64,000 nucleotides of DNA from Actinomycetota bacterium (GCA_046728935.1 JBKPFS010000107.1:1660-65659), one strand, 5' to 3'. Shown: positions 44,197-54,063, counted from the stretch's first letter. The notes: generated from the sequence alone by a model not told the origin. A program made the numbers and translations.

Positions 44197-45743
44197 CTGC
44201 GCTCCTTGAGGACCCGCCTCAGGATCTTCCCCGAGGGCGACTTGGGGATCTCCTCCACCTGCTCGACGAGACGGATGCGCTTCTGGGGCGCGACGCGCTC
44301 GGCGACCCACCCCATCAGCTCCTCGACGTCGAGCTCTCGATCGGCCGGGACCACGAACGCCTTCGGCAACTCGCCGCATTCATCGTCCGGCACGCCGACC
44401 ACCGCGACGTCCGCGACCGCTGGGTGACCCAGGAGCAGGCCCTCGAGCTCCGCGGGCGGCACCTGGTAGCCCTTGTACTTGATCAGCTCCTTGAGGCGGT
44501 CGACGATCGTGAAGTAGCCGTCCGAGTCGCAGACCGCGATGTCGCCGGTGTGAAGCCAGCCTTCGGGATCGATGGTCGCCGCAGTCGCCTCGGGGTTGCC
44601 GAGGTAGCCGCTCATCACCTGTGGCCCGCGCACCCACAGCTCGCCTAGCTCGCCCTCGCCCACGTCCTCTCCGCTGGAGGGATCGACCAGCCGGCACTCG
44701 GTCGCGGGCAGCGGCCGACCGATCGTGCCGGGCCTGTTCTCGCCCTCGGCTGGCATCGTGTGGGTCACCGGGCTCGTCTCGGTGAGGCCGTAGCCCTGGA
44801 CCACCTTGCAGCCGAGCCGCTCGGCCACCCGCTCGATGAGCTCGGCGCCGAGCGGCGCGGCCCCCGACATGATCGCCCGCAGCGCCCCCAGATCCCTGCC
44901 CTCGACCGCCGGGTGCTTCGCCAGAGCAAGGGCGATAGGCGGCACCACGTACGCCTGCGTCACCCGGTGGCGCTCGAGCAGGTCCAGGAACTGCTCGAGG
45001 TCGAAGCGGGGCATGGTGACGATCGTCGCCCCGGCCCACAGGCCCTGGTTCATGATCACCGTCTGCCCATAGATGTGGAAGAAGGGCAGCACGCCGATCA
45101 CGGTGTCGTCGGCCCGGACCGGGAACCCCACCTGGGTCTGGAGCACGTTCGCGATCAGGTTTCGGTGGGTCAGCATCACGCCCTTGGGAAGCCCCGTCGT
45201 GCCGCTCGAGTACGGCAGCACGGCGAGATCGCGGGCCGGGTAGATCTCCACCACGGGGGCGTCGTCGGGATCGCCGAGGAGCTCGTCGAAGGAGGGGACG
45301 CCGTCCGCCTCCCCGACGACGTGGATGTCGTCCAGCGCGACCTCCCGGGCGGCCTCCCGGGCCGCGTCGAGGAACGGGGGCATGGTGATCAGCATCCGGG
45401 CGCCTGAGTCGCGCAGCTGGTGGGCCAGCTCCGCCGCCGTGTACAGCGGGTTGACGGTGGTCGCGCGCCCGCCGGCGGACGCGACGCCGTGGAAGGCGAC
45501 CGCGTACTCGGGCAGATTCGGCAGGTAGAGCGCCAGCGTGTCGCCCTTCTCAAAGCCGCGGTCGGCGAGCCCCGCAGCGAGCGAGCGCACCGACCGCGCC
45601 AGGTGGGCGTAGCTCAGCTCTCGACCGCTCGGCCCGTCGATCAGGGCCGGCTTCGCGCCCAGCTCCGCGGCACGCCCGAGCACGAACGCGGCGACGTCGG
45701 TCTCGGGAATCGCCGTTCCGAGCTCGCCGCCGGACAGGATCAC
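44193..45743 (-). CDS. AMP-dependent acyl-CoA synthetase/ligase (4-coumarate/long-chain fatty-acid CoA ligase-like)
   Basis: LPYSSGTTGLPKGVMLTHRN, GYGLTETS, WLHTGDIA and PKSPSGKILRR. The GTG at 45743 overlaps the upstream stop (GTGA). Confidence 0.9.
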   Translation of the reverse strand: MILSGGELGTAIPETDVAAFVLGRAAELGAKPALIDGPSGRELSYAHLARSVRSLAAGLADRGFEKGDTLALYLPNLPEYAVAFHGVASAGGRATTVNPLYTAAELAHQLRDSGARMLITMPPFLDAAREAAREVALDDIHVVGEADGVPSFDELLGDPDDAPVVEIYPARDLAVLPYSSGTTGLPKGVMLTHRNLIANVLQTQVGFPVRADDTVIGVLPFFHIYGQTVIMNQGLWAGATIVTMPRFDLEQFLDLLERHRVTQAYVVPPIALALAKHPAVEGRDLGALRAIMSGAAPLGAELIERVAERLGCKVVQGYGLTETSPVTHTMPAEGENRPGTIGRPLPATECRLVDPSSGEDVGEGELGELWVRGPQVMSGYLGNPEATAATIDPEGWLHTGDIAVCDSDGYFTIVDRLKELIKYKGYQVPPAELEGLLLGHPAVADVAVVGVPDDECGELPKAFVVPADRELDVEELMGWVAERVAPQKRIRLVEQVEEIPKSPSGKILRRVLKERR

Positions 45744-46837
45744 GCGGGCGATTCTGCCAGCCCCAGGTACTCCTCGCGCGCGCGGAAGCTCGTGCGCATC
45801 TCGTCCGTTAACTCGGTCAGGAACTCCTCGCGGTAGGTCGAGTCGGTCAGCATCGCGACCGCGAAGTAGAAGCCCGCGAAGGCAGCCAGGCCGGCCGCGA
45901 CGCGCAGCAGCTCCTCGGTGAGCTCGAAGGTATCGCCGCCGAATGAGATCGAGAGCAGCTCGTTGCCGGGCGTGTCGATCCACTCGGTCCGCACCACGTC
46001 CGGGATCGCGAGCATGCCGAAGGCGACGAAGAAGAGCCCGATCGTCAGGCTGACGATCAGCACCTGGACCGCCTGGCTTACGAACAGGACCAGGCCGACG
46101 TTGATCAGCTGCCCTCGGGTCAGCGGATGGCCGTTGCCGCCGGCCTCATGCTCGAGCCGCCGCGCCTCCCGCGGCACCCGGACGACGAGGAACGCGGAGC
46201 CGAGGACGACGAACAGCCCGATCACGCAGGCGAAGGCGAAGTCGCTCTCCTTGGCGAAGATGTCCCACACCTCCTCGGTGGTGAACGAGAGCAGGGCGAA
46301 GATCGCCAGCAGCGGAACGGCCTTCGCGAGCAGGCCGAGCGAGGACGCGAGTTGTCCGGCGAGCCGGCCGAGCACCCAGCGCAGGATCGCCAGCAGCCCG
46401 TACACGAAGACCGCGTAGATCACGAGCAGGATCGCGAGGTTGGCGCCGGCGGTCGCCGCGGCGCTGCCGAGCTGGCCGCCGAAGATCAGCGGCAGCAGGG
46501 CCGGCAGCAGCACGAACGCCGCGAGCTCCGTCCTGCCGAGCCGGTTTGGGATCGCCCGCAGCGGCCGACCTTGGGCGGCGTTGAGCAGGGCGACGCCAAG
46601 CGCGAGGATCGCGAACGCGCCGAGCAGGGCGAGCACGTTCTGCCACCAGCTCCAGTCGAGCTGACCCGCGCCGAGCAGCTCTCCGATCACGATCACGCCC
46701 AGCAGCGGCGCGGCGCGATTGAAGACGTCGGTCGAGGCCGAGAAGCCCTCTACGAAGAGCGGCAGGCCGGCGCGACGGAACCCCCGCTCGTAGTCGGCGC
46801 GGCTGGGCGAGGCGCCCATGGCGGGATTCTGTCTCAC
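45740..46837 (-). CDS. Polytopic integral membrane protein of unknown function
   Basis: 365-codon ORF with about 8 hydrophobic segments, first in a three-gene overlapping operon. Confidence 0.7.
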   Translation of the reverse strand: MRQNPAMGASPSRADYERGFRRAGLPLFVEGFSASTDVFNRAAPLLGVIVIGELLGAGQLDWSWWQNVLALLGAFAILALGVALLNAAQGRPLRAIPNRLGRTELAAFVLLPALLPLIFGGQLGSAAATAGANLAILLVIYAVFVYGLLAILRWVLGRLAGQLASSLGLLAKAVPLLAIFALLSFTTEEVWDIFAKESDFAFACVIGLFVVLGSAFLVVRVPREARRLEHEAGGNGHPLTRGQLINVGLVLFVSQAVQVLIVSLTIGLFFVAFGMLAIPDVVRTEWIDTPGNELLSISFGGDTFELTEELLRVAAGLAAFAGFYFAVAMLTDSTYREEFLTELTDEMRTSFRAREEYLGLAESPA

Positions 46838-46887
46838 GCCGCGGCGCCGCCGGTCGGGGCGGGCGGGCGCCCCTATGCTCTCGCCCC

Positions 46888-47442
46888 GTGCTGGCCGCCC
46901 TCGACAGGCGCGTGCTTCGCTTCATGCGCACCCGTGGCCACTCGCCCGAGGCGGAGCGGGCGATGAAGGCGCTGGGCGCCGCCGCGGAGTGGGGCGCGAT
47001 GTGGGCCGTGATCGGAATCTCGGCGGCGGCCGCCGACTGCCCGCGCCGCGGGCGCTGGCTTCGCGCCGCCGCCCTGGGCCCCGGGGCGGTGGGCGTGAAC
47101 TACCTGGTCAAGCTCGCGGTCCGAAGGCCGCGGCCGAGGCTGCGCCGGCTTCCCCCGCTGGGCCCAGCGGTGAGCGAGCTCTCCTTTCCCTCCGCCCACG
47201 CGACCTCATCGCTCGCCGCCGCGACCGCCATGGGCCGGGTGGCGCCCCACGGGCGACCGCCGCTCTACGCGCTCGCGTTCGCGGTCTGCATCACGCGCCC
47301 GTACCTCGGCCTGCACTATCCATCCGACGTCCTCGCGGGCGCGACCCTGGGGCTTGCAATCGGCGCCCTGGTCCCCGGCCTTGGCAGGCCCGACGCAAAG
47401 GAGCGCCTGATCGACCTCGCAGTGGAGAGCAACGGACGGTGA
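46888..47442 (+). CDS. PAP2-family phosphatase
   Basis: KLAVRRPRP, SFPSAHAT and HYPSDVLAG, the three PAP2 motifs. Confidence 0.85.
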   Translation: MLAALDRRVLRFMRTRGHSPEAERAMKALGAAAEWGAMWAVIGISAAAADCPRRGRWLRAAALGPGAVGVNYLVKLAVRRPRPRLRRLPPLGPAVSELSFPSAHATSSLAAATAMGRVAPHGRPPLYALAFAVCITRPYLGLHYPSDVLAGATLGLAIGALVPGLGRPDAKERLIDLAVESNGR

Positions 47443-48515
47443 GGGTCGGCATCGTCGGGATGCCGAACGCCGGCAAGTCGACGCTCTTCAACGCCCTCAC
47501 CCGGGCCGGGGCCGAGATCGGCGACTACCCGTTCACCACGGTCGATCCGAACATCGCGGTGGCGGCGGTCCCGGATCCGCGCCTCGCGAGGGTCGCCGAG
47601 GTCGTCGGATCGACCGCCACCGTGCACGAGACGATCGCTTTCCGTGACATCGCGGGGCTGGTCAGGGGAGCGTCCGAGGGCGAGGGGCTGGGGAACCGGT
47701 TCCTGGCCGCGATCAGGGAGACCGACGCGATCTGCCACGTCGTCCGCTGTCACCGGGCGAGCGGCGTCGCGCACCCCGAGGGAGAGGTGGACCCGCTGCG
47801 GGACGCCGAGCTGATCGACGCGGAGCTCTACGCCGCGGATCTCGAGCAGGCCACCCGCCGCCTGGAGCGAGTGACCAAGGAGGCGCGCTCCGGCGACCCT
47901 AAGGCGGTCGCCGAGCGGGGGTGGCTCGAGGCGGTGGTGGCCGGGCTCGCGCAGGGACGCCCCGCTCGCGAGGTGCCGGTCCCGGACGCCGCCGCGGGCG
48001 CCGCGGAACGGCTTCAGGCCCTGACCTGGAAGCCGGTCCTCTACGTCGCCAACGTCGAGGAGGGAAGCGACGAGGTGCCGCCGGCGCTGGCCGAGCACGC
48101 GCGCGCAGCGGGAGCCGCGGCGGTCGCGATCAGCGCCCGCGTCGAGGCGGAGCTCGCCGAGCTCGACGCCGAGGACGAGGCGGCGGAGCTCCGCGAGGGG
48201 CTCGGGATCGGCGAATCGGGCCTCGAGCGGCTCGTGCGGGCGGCGTACGAGCTGCTCGACCTGCTGACCTTCTTCACCGCTCACGAGGGGGCCGAGGCGA
48301 CGGCACGGAGCCTGCGTCGCGGCTCGACCGCCTGGGAAGCCGCCGGAAACGTGCACACGGACTTCCAGACGAAGTTCGTGCGCGCCGAGGTGATCGGCTG
48401 GCGGGACCTGGTCGAGGTCGGCGGGTACGGCCCCGCCCGCGAGCGCGGGCTGCTGCGGACGGAGGGGCGCGACTACCTTGTTTCGGAGGGCGACGTACTC
48501 ACAATCAAGGTCTAG
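47439..48515 (+). CDS. ychF: Redox-regulated ATPase YchF
   Basis: VGIVGMPNAGKSTLFNALT, YPFTTVDPN, DIAGLVRGASEGEGLGN and the TGS-like C-terminus. The GTG overlaps the PAP2 stop (GTGA). Confidence 0.9.
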   Translation: MRVGIVGMPNAGKSTLFNALTRAGAEIGDYPFTTVDPNIAVAAVPDPRLARVAEVVGSTATVHETIAFRDIAGLVRGASEGEGLGNRFLAAIRETDAICHVVRCHRASGVAHPEGEVDPLRDAELIDAELYAADLEQATRRLERVTKEARSGDPKAVAERGWLEAVVAGLAQGRPAREVPVPDAAAGAAERLQALTWKPVLYVANVEEGSDEVPPALAEHARAAGAAAVAISARVEAELAELDAEDEAAELREGLGIGESGLERLVRAAYELLDLLTFFTAHEGAEATARSLRRGSTAWEAAGNVHTDFQTKFVRAEVIGWRDLVEVGGYGPARERGLLRTEGRDYLVSEGDVLTIKV

Positions 48516-48626
48516 CCGCCGGTCGGGCCGCTGACAAGCGCAGGCTACGCGTCGAAGGGCGGCGGCGAGCGCTGCTTCGCCTCCCGCGTGAGGTCAAGGG
48601 TCGCTCCTTCTAGCCCCTTTCGAGCT

Positions 48627-50201
48627 CTAGTCGCGCAAGAGCTCCCGGCCGAGGTCGGAGACGGTGATGTGGATCGCGCTGGGCTCGACTGCGTAGTCGA
48701 TCACCGCCAGCGCGCGCAGCCGGTCGAGCTCGTACTGGAAGGCCTCGGCCTGGCGCCCGCTGGCGTACTCGCGCAGGATGTCGAACGTCCAGCCCGTGGT
48801 GTGCAGTGAGTACTCGGAGGTCGCCTCGGGGTTCGAGGCGACGAGCAGGTCCTGGTAGGAGCGATCGCGAACGGCGCTCGTCACCCGCAGCGGCGCCTTC
48901 TCGCCGCTGATCTCGCCCACCTGCGTCGCCATGTAGGTGAGCGTCGCCAACGCCTCCGGGCGCAGCGCGCGGTAAAGCGCCGACGACTCGCCGACCTCCT
49001 GCGCGAACTCGCCGATCTGCTCGTCGGGGATCCAGCCCAGGGTGGTCGAGAGCGGCAGCGGCACGATGTCCCCGTCGCGAATCGCGTCCTCGATGTCGCC
49101 GGGGTCCTCGAAGACCTCGGTCTCGTCCTCGGGGTGGTACAGCTCCTCGAGCGTCGCCTTCGCGGTGGCCAGCTCCGCCGTCCGCTCGAGCTCATCCGGG
49201 TCATCCCGCGAGCGCCCCATGATCCCCTCCGCGGCGCGCACCTTCCAGATGTAGTCCGAGGACTCGTCGCCGAACCCGCGCAGGAGCCCGTACGCCTCCC
49301 GGTGGCGATCCGGCCCGGAGTCGAAGTAGAGCTGGGCGTAGGAGATCCCCTCGGCGGCCACCAGCGAGGCGATCGGGCCGCCCGCGGTGTCGCCCGCGTA
49401 CGCGCGGATCACCGACTCGAGGTTTCCGATTCCCATGTGGTACGAGACGACCGCCAAGTCCGGATCGCCGAACCGCCGCTCCGCGATCTCGAGGTAAGTC
49501 GCCGCGCCGTCGATCGCGGCTCGCGGCTCGAAGCGCTCGTCCACCGCGGCGCGCTGCCGGCGAAGCCGCTTGGCCTGTTCGCTCGTCTTCGCCTTCGCGA
49601 TCGCCTCGGTCAGGGCGACGCTTCGGGCCAGGTCGACGTGCATCCCGAGCAGGTCGATCGCGGCCGAGGGGATGATCTGCGCGAGCCCCGACGCGGCCTC
49701 CGGCGTCTTTCCGGCCATCACCTGGGGCCGCCCGGCGCTCTCCAGGAAGATGAGGCCCTCGAGCGTGTCGGGGTCGACCCCGTGGCGCTTCGCCGCCTCC
49801 TCGATGAGATCCCGCCAGCCCGCGGTCCGGCGCGCCGAGGCCAAGACCCCACCGGGGCTCTTCGCGTACAGGACGTGGGACTCCCCCGTGGCGGCGCGTG
49901 CCTCGAACTCGTCGCCGCGCGCTTCGCGCCACGCCAGCGGATCGGCTCCCGGGCGGGCCGCCGCGCCGGCGGCGGCGACGATTCGGGCGATCCGCAGGTC
50001 CAGCGGCTCGCGATCACCGAAGCCGAGGGCGAGCACGCCCGCGGCCAACGCCCCGGCGGCGAGGACCACGAGCAACACGCCCCCGGCGGCGCGAACGGCA
50101 ACACCCCCGCCGAGTCGTGCGCGATCCACAGGTGACCCCATGTTAGGTTGGGCAACCATCCGCATGCTGCTTTCGCCGCGCTCCCTCCGGGAATCCGCCA
50201 C
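48627..50201 (-). CDS. Membrane-anchored cell-wall hydrolase: lytic transglycosylase (SLT) domain plus a C-terminal M15-like domain
   Basis: LIFLESAGRPQV...ASGLAQIIP is SLT-like. SLHTTGWTFDI resembles the H-x-x-G-x-A-x-D block of M15/VanY-type peptidases. Start ambiguous (50201, 50165, 50159 or 50141) and lies inside a repeat. Confidence 0.7.
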   Translation of the reverse strand: MADSRRERGESSMRMVAQPNMGSPVDRARLGGGVAVRAAGGVLLVVLAAGALAAGVLALGFGDREPLDLRIARIVAAAGAAARPGADPLAWREARGDEFEARAATGESHVLYAKSPGGVLASARRTAGWRDLIEEAAKRHGVDPDTLEGLIFLESAGRPQVMAGKTPEAASGLAQIIPSAAIDLLGMHVDLARSVALTEAIAKAKTSEQAKRLRRQRAAVDERFEPRAAIDGAATYLEIAERRFGDPDLAVVSYHMGIGNLESVIRAYAGDTAGGPIASLVAAEGISYAQLYFDSGPDRHREAYGLLRGFGDESSDYIWKVRAAEGIMGRSRDDPDELERTAELATAKATLEELYHPEDETEVFEDPGDIEDAIRDGDIVPLPLSTTLGWIPDEQIGEFAQEVGESSALYRALRPEALATLTYMATQVGEISGEKAPLRVTSAVRDRSYQDLLVASNPEATSEYSLHTTGWTFDILREYASGRQAEAFQYELDRLRALAVIDYAVEPSAIHITVSDLGRELLRD

Positions 50202-50283
50202 ATGCTGCTTTCGCGCCTAAAGGCGCTCACCCCAAGAACCCGCCACATGCTGCTTTCGCGCCTAACGGCGCTCACCTGAATAT
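50157..50283 (+). repeat. Three tandem units (two near-identical 45-nt units plus one diverged) each carrying CATGCTGCTTTCG and, in two, the hairpin GCGCC-TAAN-GGCGC
   Basis: CCGCCACATGCTGCTTTCGCGCCTAA[A/C]GGCGCTCACC at 50195 and 50240. A diverged copy has CATG at 50163. Confidence 0.75.
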
Positions 50284-51270
50284 ATGCGAACCGAGGCGCG
50301 CTTTCCGGGCGTCGCCCCAAACGCCGGCCACTATGAGAGCTTCTACATCAAGGCCACCCGGCCCGGCGGAGGCCAGGGGATCTGGATCCGCCACACGGTC
50401 CACAAGCGGCCCGGCTCCGAGCCCACCGGATCGCTCTGGTTCACCCTCTTCGACGCCGACGAGCCCGGGCCGCGGGCGACCAAGCTAACGGTCCCAGCGA
50501 GCGAGCTGAGCGTCCCGACTGGCGCCTACATCAAGGTCTCCGACGCCGTCCTGGAGCCCGGCCAGGCTCGCGGCGCGGCGAGCACCGACGCACTCGAGGT
50601 CTCCTGGGAGCTCGAGTTCGACCCGGGGGCCGAGGCGTTCCGTCACCTGGCGTACTCGTGGCTCTACGGCGCGCCGCTACCGAGGACCAAGTTCCTCTCC
50701 CCCTATCCGAGCTCCCGCTTCTCGGGCACCGTCACCGTCGACGGCGATGAGATCGCGCTGGAGGCCTGGCCGGGGATGATCGGCCACAACTGGGGCGCGG
50801 AGCACGCCGAGCGCTGGACCTGGATCCAGGCGAACGAGTTCAGGGGCGCCGACGGCTATCTCGACGCCGCGCTCGGGCGGATCAAGGTCGGACCGCTGAC
50901 CACGCCGTGGGTCGGGAACGCGATCCTGCGCCTTGCCGGCCAAGAGCACCGGCTCGGCGGCTTCGACCGGATCCGCTCGACCAAGATCGACGACGAGCCA
51001 ACCGAGTGCGACTTCGAGCTCACCGGCAAGGGGATCAAGGTCCGCGGACGGGTGGGCTCGGAGCCCCGCAACTTCGTCGCGTGGGTGTACGCGGACCCGG
51101 TCGGCACCGAGCACAACACGCTCAACTGCTCCATCTCCGATCTCGAGCTGACCGTGGAGCGCCGGGGAGCCGAGCCGCGGCGGATCGAGTCCGTGGGCGC
51201 CGCCGCGTACGAGATCGGGATGCGCGAGACCGACCACGGCATCCCCGTGCAGCCGTACCCCGACGGATAA
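50284..51270 (+). CDS. Hypothetical protein
   Basis: 328-codon ORF with good coding character. No motif that I can name with confidence. Confidence 0.6.
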   Translation: MRTEARFPGVAPNAGHYESFYIKATRPGGGQGIWIRHTVHKRPGSEPTGSLWFTLFDADEPGPRATKLTVPASELSVPTGAYIKVSDAVLEPGQARGAASTDALEVSWELEFDPGAEAFRHLAYSWLYGAPLPRTKFLSPYPSSRFSGTVTVDGDEIALEAWPGMIGHNWGAEHAERWTWIQANEFRGADGYLDAALGRIKVGPLTTPWVGNAILRLAGQEHRLGGFDRIRSTKIDDEPTECDFELTGKGIKVRGRVGSEPRNFVAWVYADPVGTEHNTLNCSISDLELTVERRGAEPRRIESVGAAAYEIGMRETDHGIPVQPYPDG

Positions 51271-51272
51271 GG

Positions 51273-51323
51273 CGGCGATTCCTACGCGGCGAGCGGCATC
51301 CGGCCTGCCGCTTGGAATCGCCG
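51273..51323. terminator. Bidirectional terminator-like hairpin between convergent genes
   Basis: CGGCGATTCC (51273..51282) pairs with GGAATCGCCG (51314..51323). There is an inner GCGGCA/TGCCGC stem and no clear U-tract. Confidence 0.45.
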
Positions 51324-51324
51324 G

Positions 51325-52431
51325 TTACTGCTTGTCGAATGCGGCCCAGGTCGAGCGGAGGCCGAGCCGGGACTGGAGCGTCGACCCGCTGACCTCGGTG
51401 CTGCCGCTCGTGCCGATCACCCTCGCCCGCACGATCCGCGGCGAGCGGCCGGTCTTGAGGACGTCGATCTCCTTCAGGTTGCCGTCGAAGTAGGCGCTGA
51501 GACGAGACTCCATCGCCCCGTCCGAGTAGGTGACCCTCCACTTGTGGAGCGGCGAGATCTCGTCGTAGGGATCGTTGACCGACTTCAGGTACGGCGAGGG
51601 GTCGGCGCCGGAGAAGCCGAACTCGACGTTCTCCGTCTCCCCGCCGGAGGTCGAGAAGTAGTAGGTGGTCGCGACGTCGCCCTTGTAGAGCACGACCCGG
51701 CGGCGGGTCTTCTTCACGGCGCGGTTCGTGCGCCGGGTCTCGGTGTCGCGTCCGCCGTAGACCTGGCTGCGGGTGTCCGCGTACTGGTCGAAGACGCCCG
51801 ACTTCGAGGTGGCGACGGCGTACGACCGCGCCGCGACGGCCTGCGCCTTTAGGGCCTGCTGATCCCAGCTCCAGGGCATCTCGTTCGGCACGACTCCCTT
51901 CACGTAGCCCTCGAGGCTGAGCGAGTTGATCACGAGGACCCCCTTCCCGTGCGCGTGAGCGATGAGGTCGCCGCGGTAGCGGCCGAACCCCGAGATGTCG
52001 ACCCCGCGGGCGCCCTTGGCCCTTCCCTCCTCGCCGCAGGAGCGCAGCTTGGTCCCGTTCGGGCCCAGCAGCGAAACCTTCCCGTCGCCGTCCGCGAACG
52101 AGTAGTCCCGATCGCTCTTCAGGTTCCTTCCACAGGCCTCGCTCGCGCCCGAGAACTCGACCTGACCCTGGGAGCCAAGGAGCACGCGTACCCGCCCGCC
52201 CTTCCTCTTCCCGACCTTCGTGTTGGTGTAGTAGTGGGCGAGGATCTGCTTGTAGTTGCGGCCGTGCTGGGCGTACCCGTAGGCGCCGTACTGGCTCATC
52301 CCGACCCCGTGGCCGAACGCCCGTCCCTTGATCACCCAGTTCGCCTCGGCGGCGGCCGGCAGGGCCAAGAGGGCCGCGGCGGCGCAGGCCAGGCATCGAG
52401 CGCGTGTGAGCCAGGAGCTGTTCATCGGCAT
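51325..52431 (-). CDS. SpoIID/LytB domain protein
   Basis: GHGVGMSQYGAYGYA and YFSTSGGETEN motifs, with a signal peptide. Confidence 0.9.
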   Translation of the reverse strand: MPMNSSWLTRARCLACAAAALLALPAAAEANWVIKGRAFGHGVGMSQYGAYGYAQHGRNYKQILAHYYTNTKVGKRKGGRVRVLLGSQGQVEFSGASEACGRNLKSDRDYSFADGDGKVSLLGPNGTKLRSCGEEGRAKGARGVDISGFGRYRGDLIAHAHGKGVLVINSLSLEGYVKGVVPNEMPWSWDQQALKAQAVAARSYAVATSKSGVFDQYADTRSQVYGGRDTETRRTNRAVKKTRRRVVLYKGDVATTYYFSTSGGETENVEFGFSGADPSPYLKSVNDPYDEISPLHKWRVTYSDGAMESRLSAYFDGNLKEIDVLKTGRSPRIVRARVIGTSGSTEVSGSTLQSRLGLRSTWAAFDKQ

Positions 52432-52596
52432 CCCCCCGAGCCGTGAACAAGCCCCGGGGCCCTAAGTCGCGGTTCTATATGGGCCGCAACGAACCTGCCA
52501 AACACGTCCTCGGGCGCGAGCGTGCAAGGAGTACGCTCAGGCACGAGCCGCGGGCGCGGGTTGAGGGAGAGTCGAAGCGGGAAAGGAGAGCCACAG

Positions 52597-54063
52597 ATGG
52601 CCATCGCCACCCAGGAACAGACCGTCATCGACCGCGTCCCCAAGGAGCTACTGATCGGCGGGGAGTGGCGGTCGGCGAGCGGCGGAGACACCCTCGCGGT
52701 CGAGGATCCCGCGACCGGGGAGACGCTGTGCGAGATCGCCGACGCCACGCCTGAGGACGCGACCGCGGCGCTGGACGCGGCGGTCGCGGCCCAGCCGGAA
52801 TGGGCGGCAACCCCGCCCAACGAGCGCTCGGAGATCCTCCACCGCGCCTTCCTCGCACTCAACGAGCGCGCCGACGCGCTCGCCCTGCTGATGACGCTGG
52901 AGATGGGCAAGGCCGTCGCCGAGTCGAAGGCTGAGATCGCCTACGCGGCCGAGTTCTTCCGCTGGTTCTCCGGCGAGGCGCTCCGCATCGACGGCTATTA
53001 CAAGATCGCGGGCAACGCCGCCTCCCGGGTGCTGGTGATGCGCCAGCCGGTCGGCCCCTGCTACTTCATCACCCCCTGGAACTTCCCCACCGCGATGGGC
53101 ACGCGGAAGATCGGGCCCGCGATCGCGGCGGGCTGCACGATGGTCTGGAAGCCGGCTCAGCAGACGCCGCTCTCGGCGCTCGCGCTGGCCGAGCTCCTCT
53201 CAGATGCCGGCCTGCCCGACGGCGTCTTGAACATGATCACCAGCTCCTCCTCGAGCGCGGTGTCGGAGCCGATCATCTCGGATCCCCGGCTGCGAAAGCT
53301 CTCCTTCACCGGGTCGACCGAGGTCGGTCGCAAGCTGATCGCCCAGTCGGCCGAGAACGTGCTCGAGGTCTCGATGGAGCTGGGCGGTAACGCGCCGTTC
53401 CTGATCTTCGAAGACGCCGACCTCGACGCCGCGGTCGAGGGGGCGATGATCGCCAAGATGCGCAACGTCGGCGAGGCGTGCACATCGGCCAACCGTTTCC
53501 ACGTCGCCGGCGCGGTCGCCGGCGAGTTCGCCGAGCGCCTGGCGGAGCGGATCGGCAGGCTCCGCGTCGGTCGCGGCACCGAGGACGGTGTCGACGTGGG
53601 GCCGTTGATCGACGACGACCAGCGATCGAAGGTCGCGGGCCTGGTCGACGACGCGCTCGAGAAGGGCGCCAAGGCCGTGGTCGGCGGAGAGCGCATCGAC
53701 GGCACCGGCTACTTCTTCCAGCCGACCGTGCTCGGCGACGTCCCCGACGACGCCCGGTTGCTGCGAGAGGAGATCTTCGGCCCGGTCGCGCCCGTGAAGG
53801 GCTTTGCCTCCGAGGAGGAGGCGATCGCGGCCGCCAACGACACCGAGTACGGACTCGTCGCCTACGTCTACACGGCGGATCTGAAGCGCGCGCTGCGGGT
53901 CTGCGAGGCGCTGGAGACGGGGATGATCGGCCTCAACCAGGGCATGGTCTCCAACGCCGGCGCCCCCTTCGGCGGCGTCAAGCAGTCGGGCATCGGCCGC
54001 GAGGGCGGCAACGAGGGCATCGAGGAGTACCTCGAGACCAAGTACATCGCCGTCAATCTCTGA
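52597..54063 (+). CDS. gabD: NAD(P)-dependent succinate-semialdehyde dehydrogenase-like aldehyde dehydrogenase
   Basis: The ATG at 52597 follows GAAAGGAGAG. ITPWNFP, FTGSTEVGRKL, MELGGNAP and GEACTSANR motifs. Confidence 0.8.
   Translation: MAIATQEQTVIDRVPKELLIGGEWRSASGGDTLAVEDPATGETLCEIADATPEDATAALDAAVAAQPEWAATPPNERSEILHRAFLALNERADALALLMTLEMGKAVAESKAEIAYAAEFFRWFSGEALRIDGYYKIAGNAASRVLVMRQPVGPCYFITPWNFPTAMGTRKIGPAIAAGCTMVWKPAQQTPLSALALAELLSDAGLPDGVLNMITSSSSSAVSEPIISDPRLRKLSFTGSTEVGRKLIAQSAENVLEVSMELGGNAPFLIFEDADLDAAVEGAMIAKMRNVGEACTSANRFHVAGAVAGEFAERLAERIGRLRVGRGTEDGVDVGPLIDDDQRSKVAGLVDDALEKGAKAVVGGERIDGTGYFFQPTVLGDVPDDARLLREEIFGPVAPVKGFASEEEAIAAANDTEYGLVAYVYTADLKRALRVCEALETGMIGLNQGMVSNAGAPFGGVKQSGIGREGGNEGIEEYLETKYIAVNL

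Noticed and set aside
50157-50283. Tandem repeats considered as a mini-CRISPR array.
   Set aside because: There are only two to three directly abutting units with no unique spacers between them, and no cas genes in the window.
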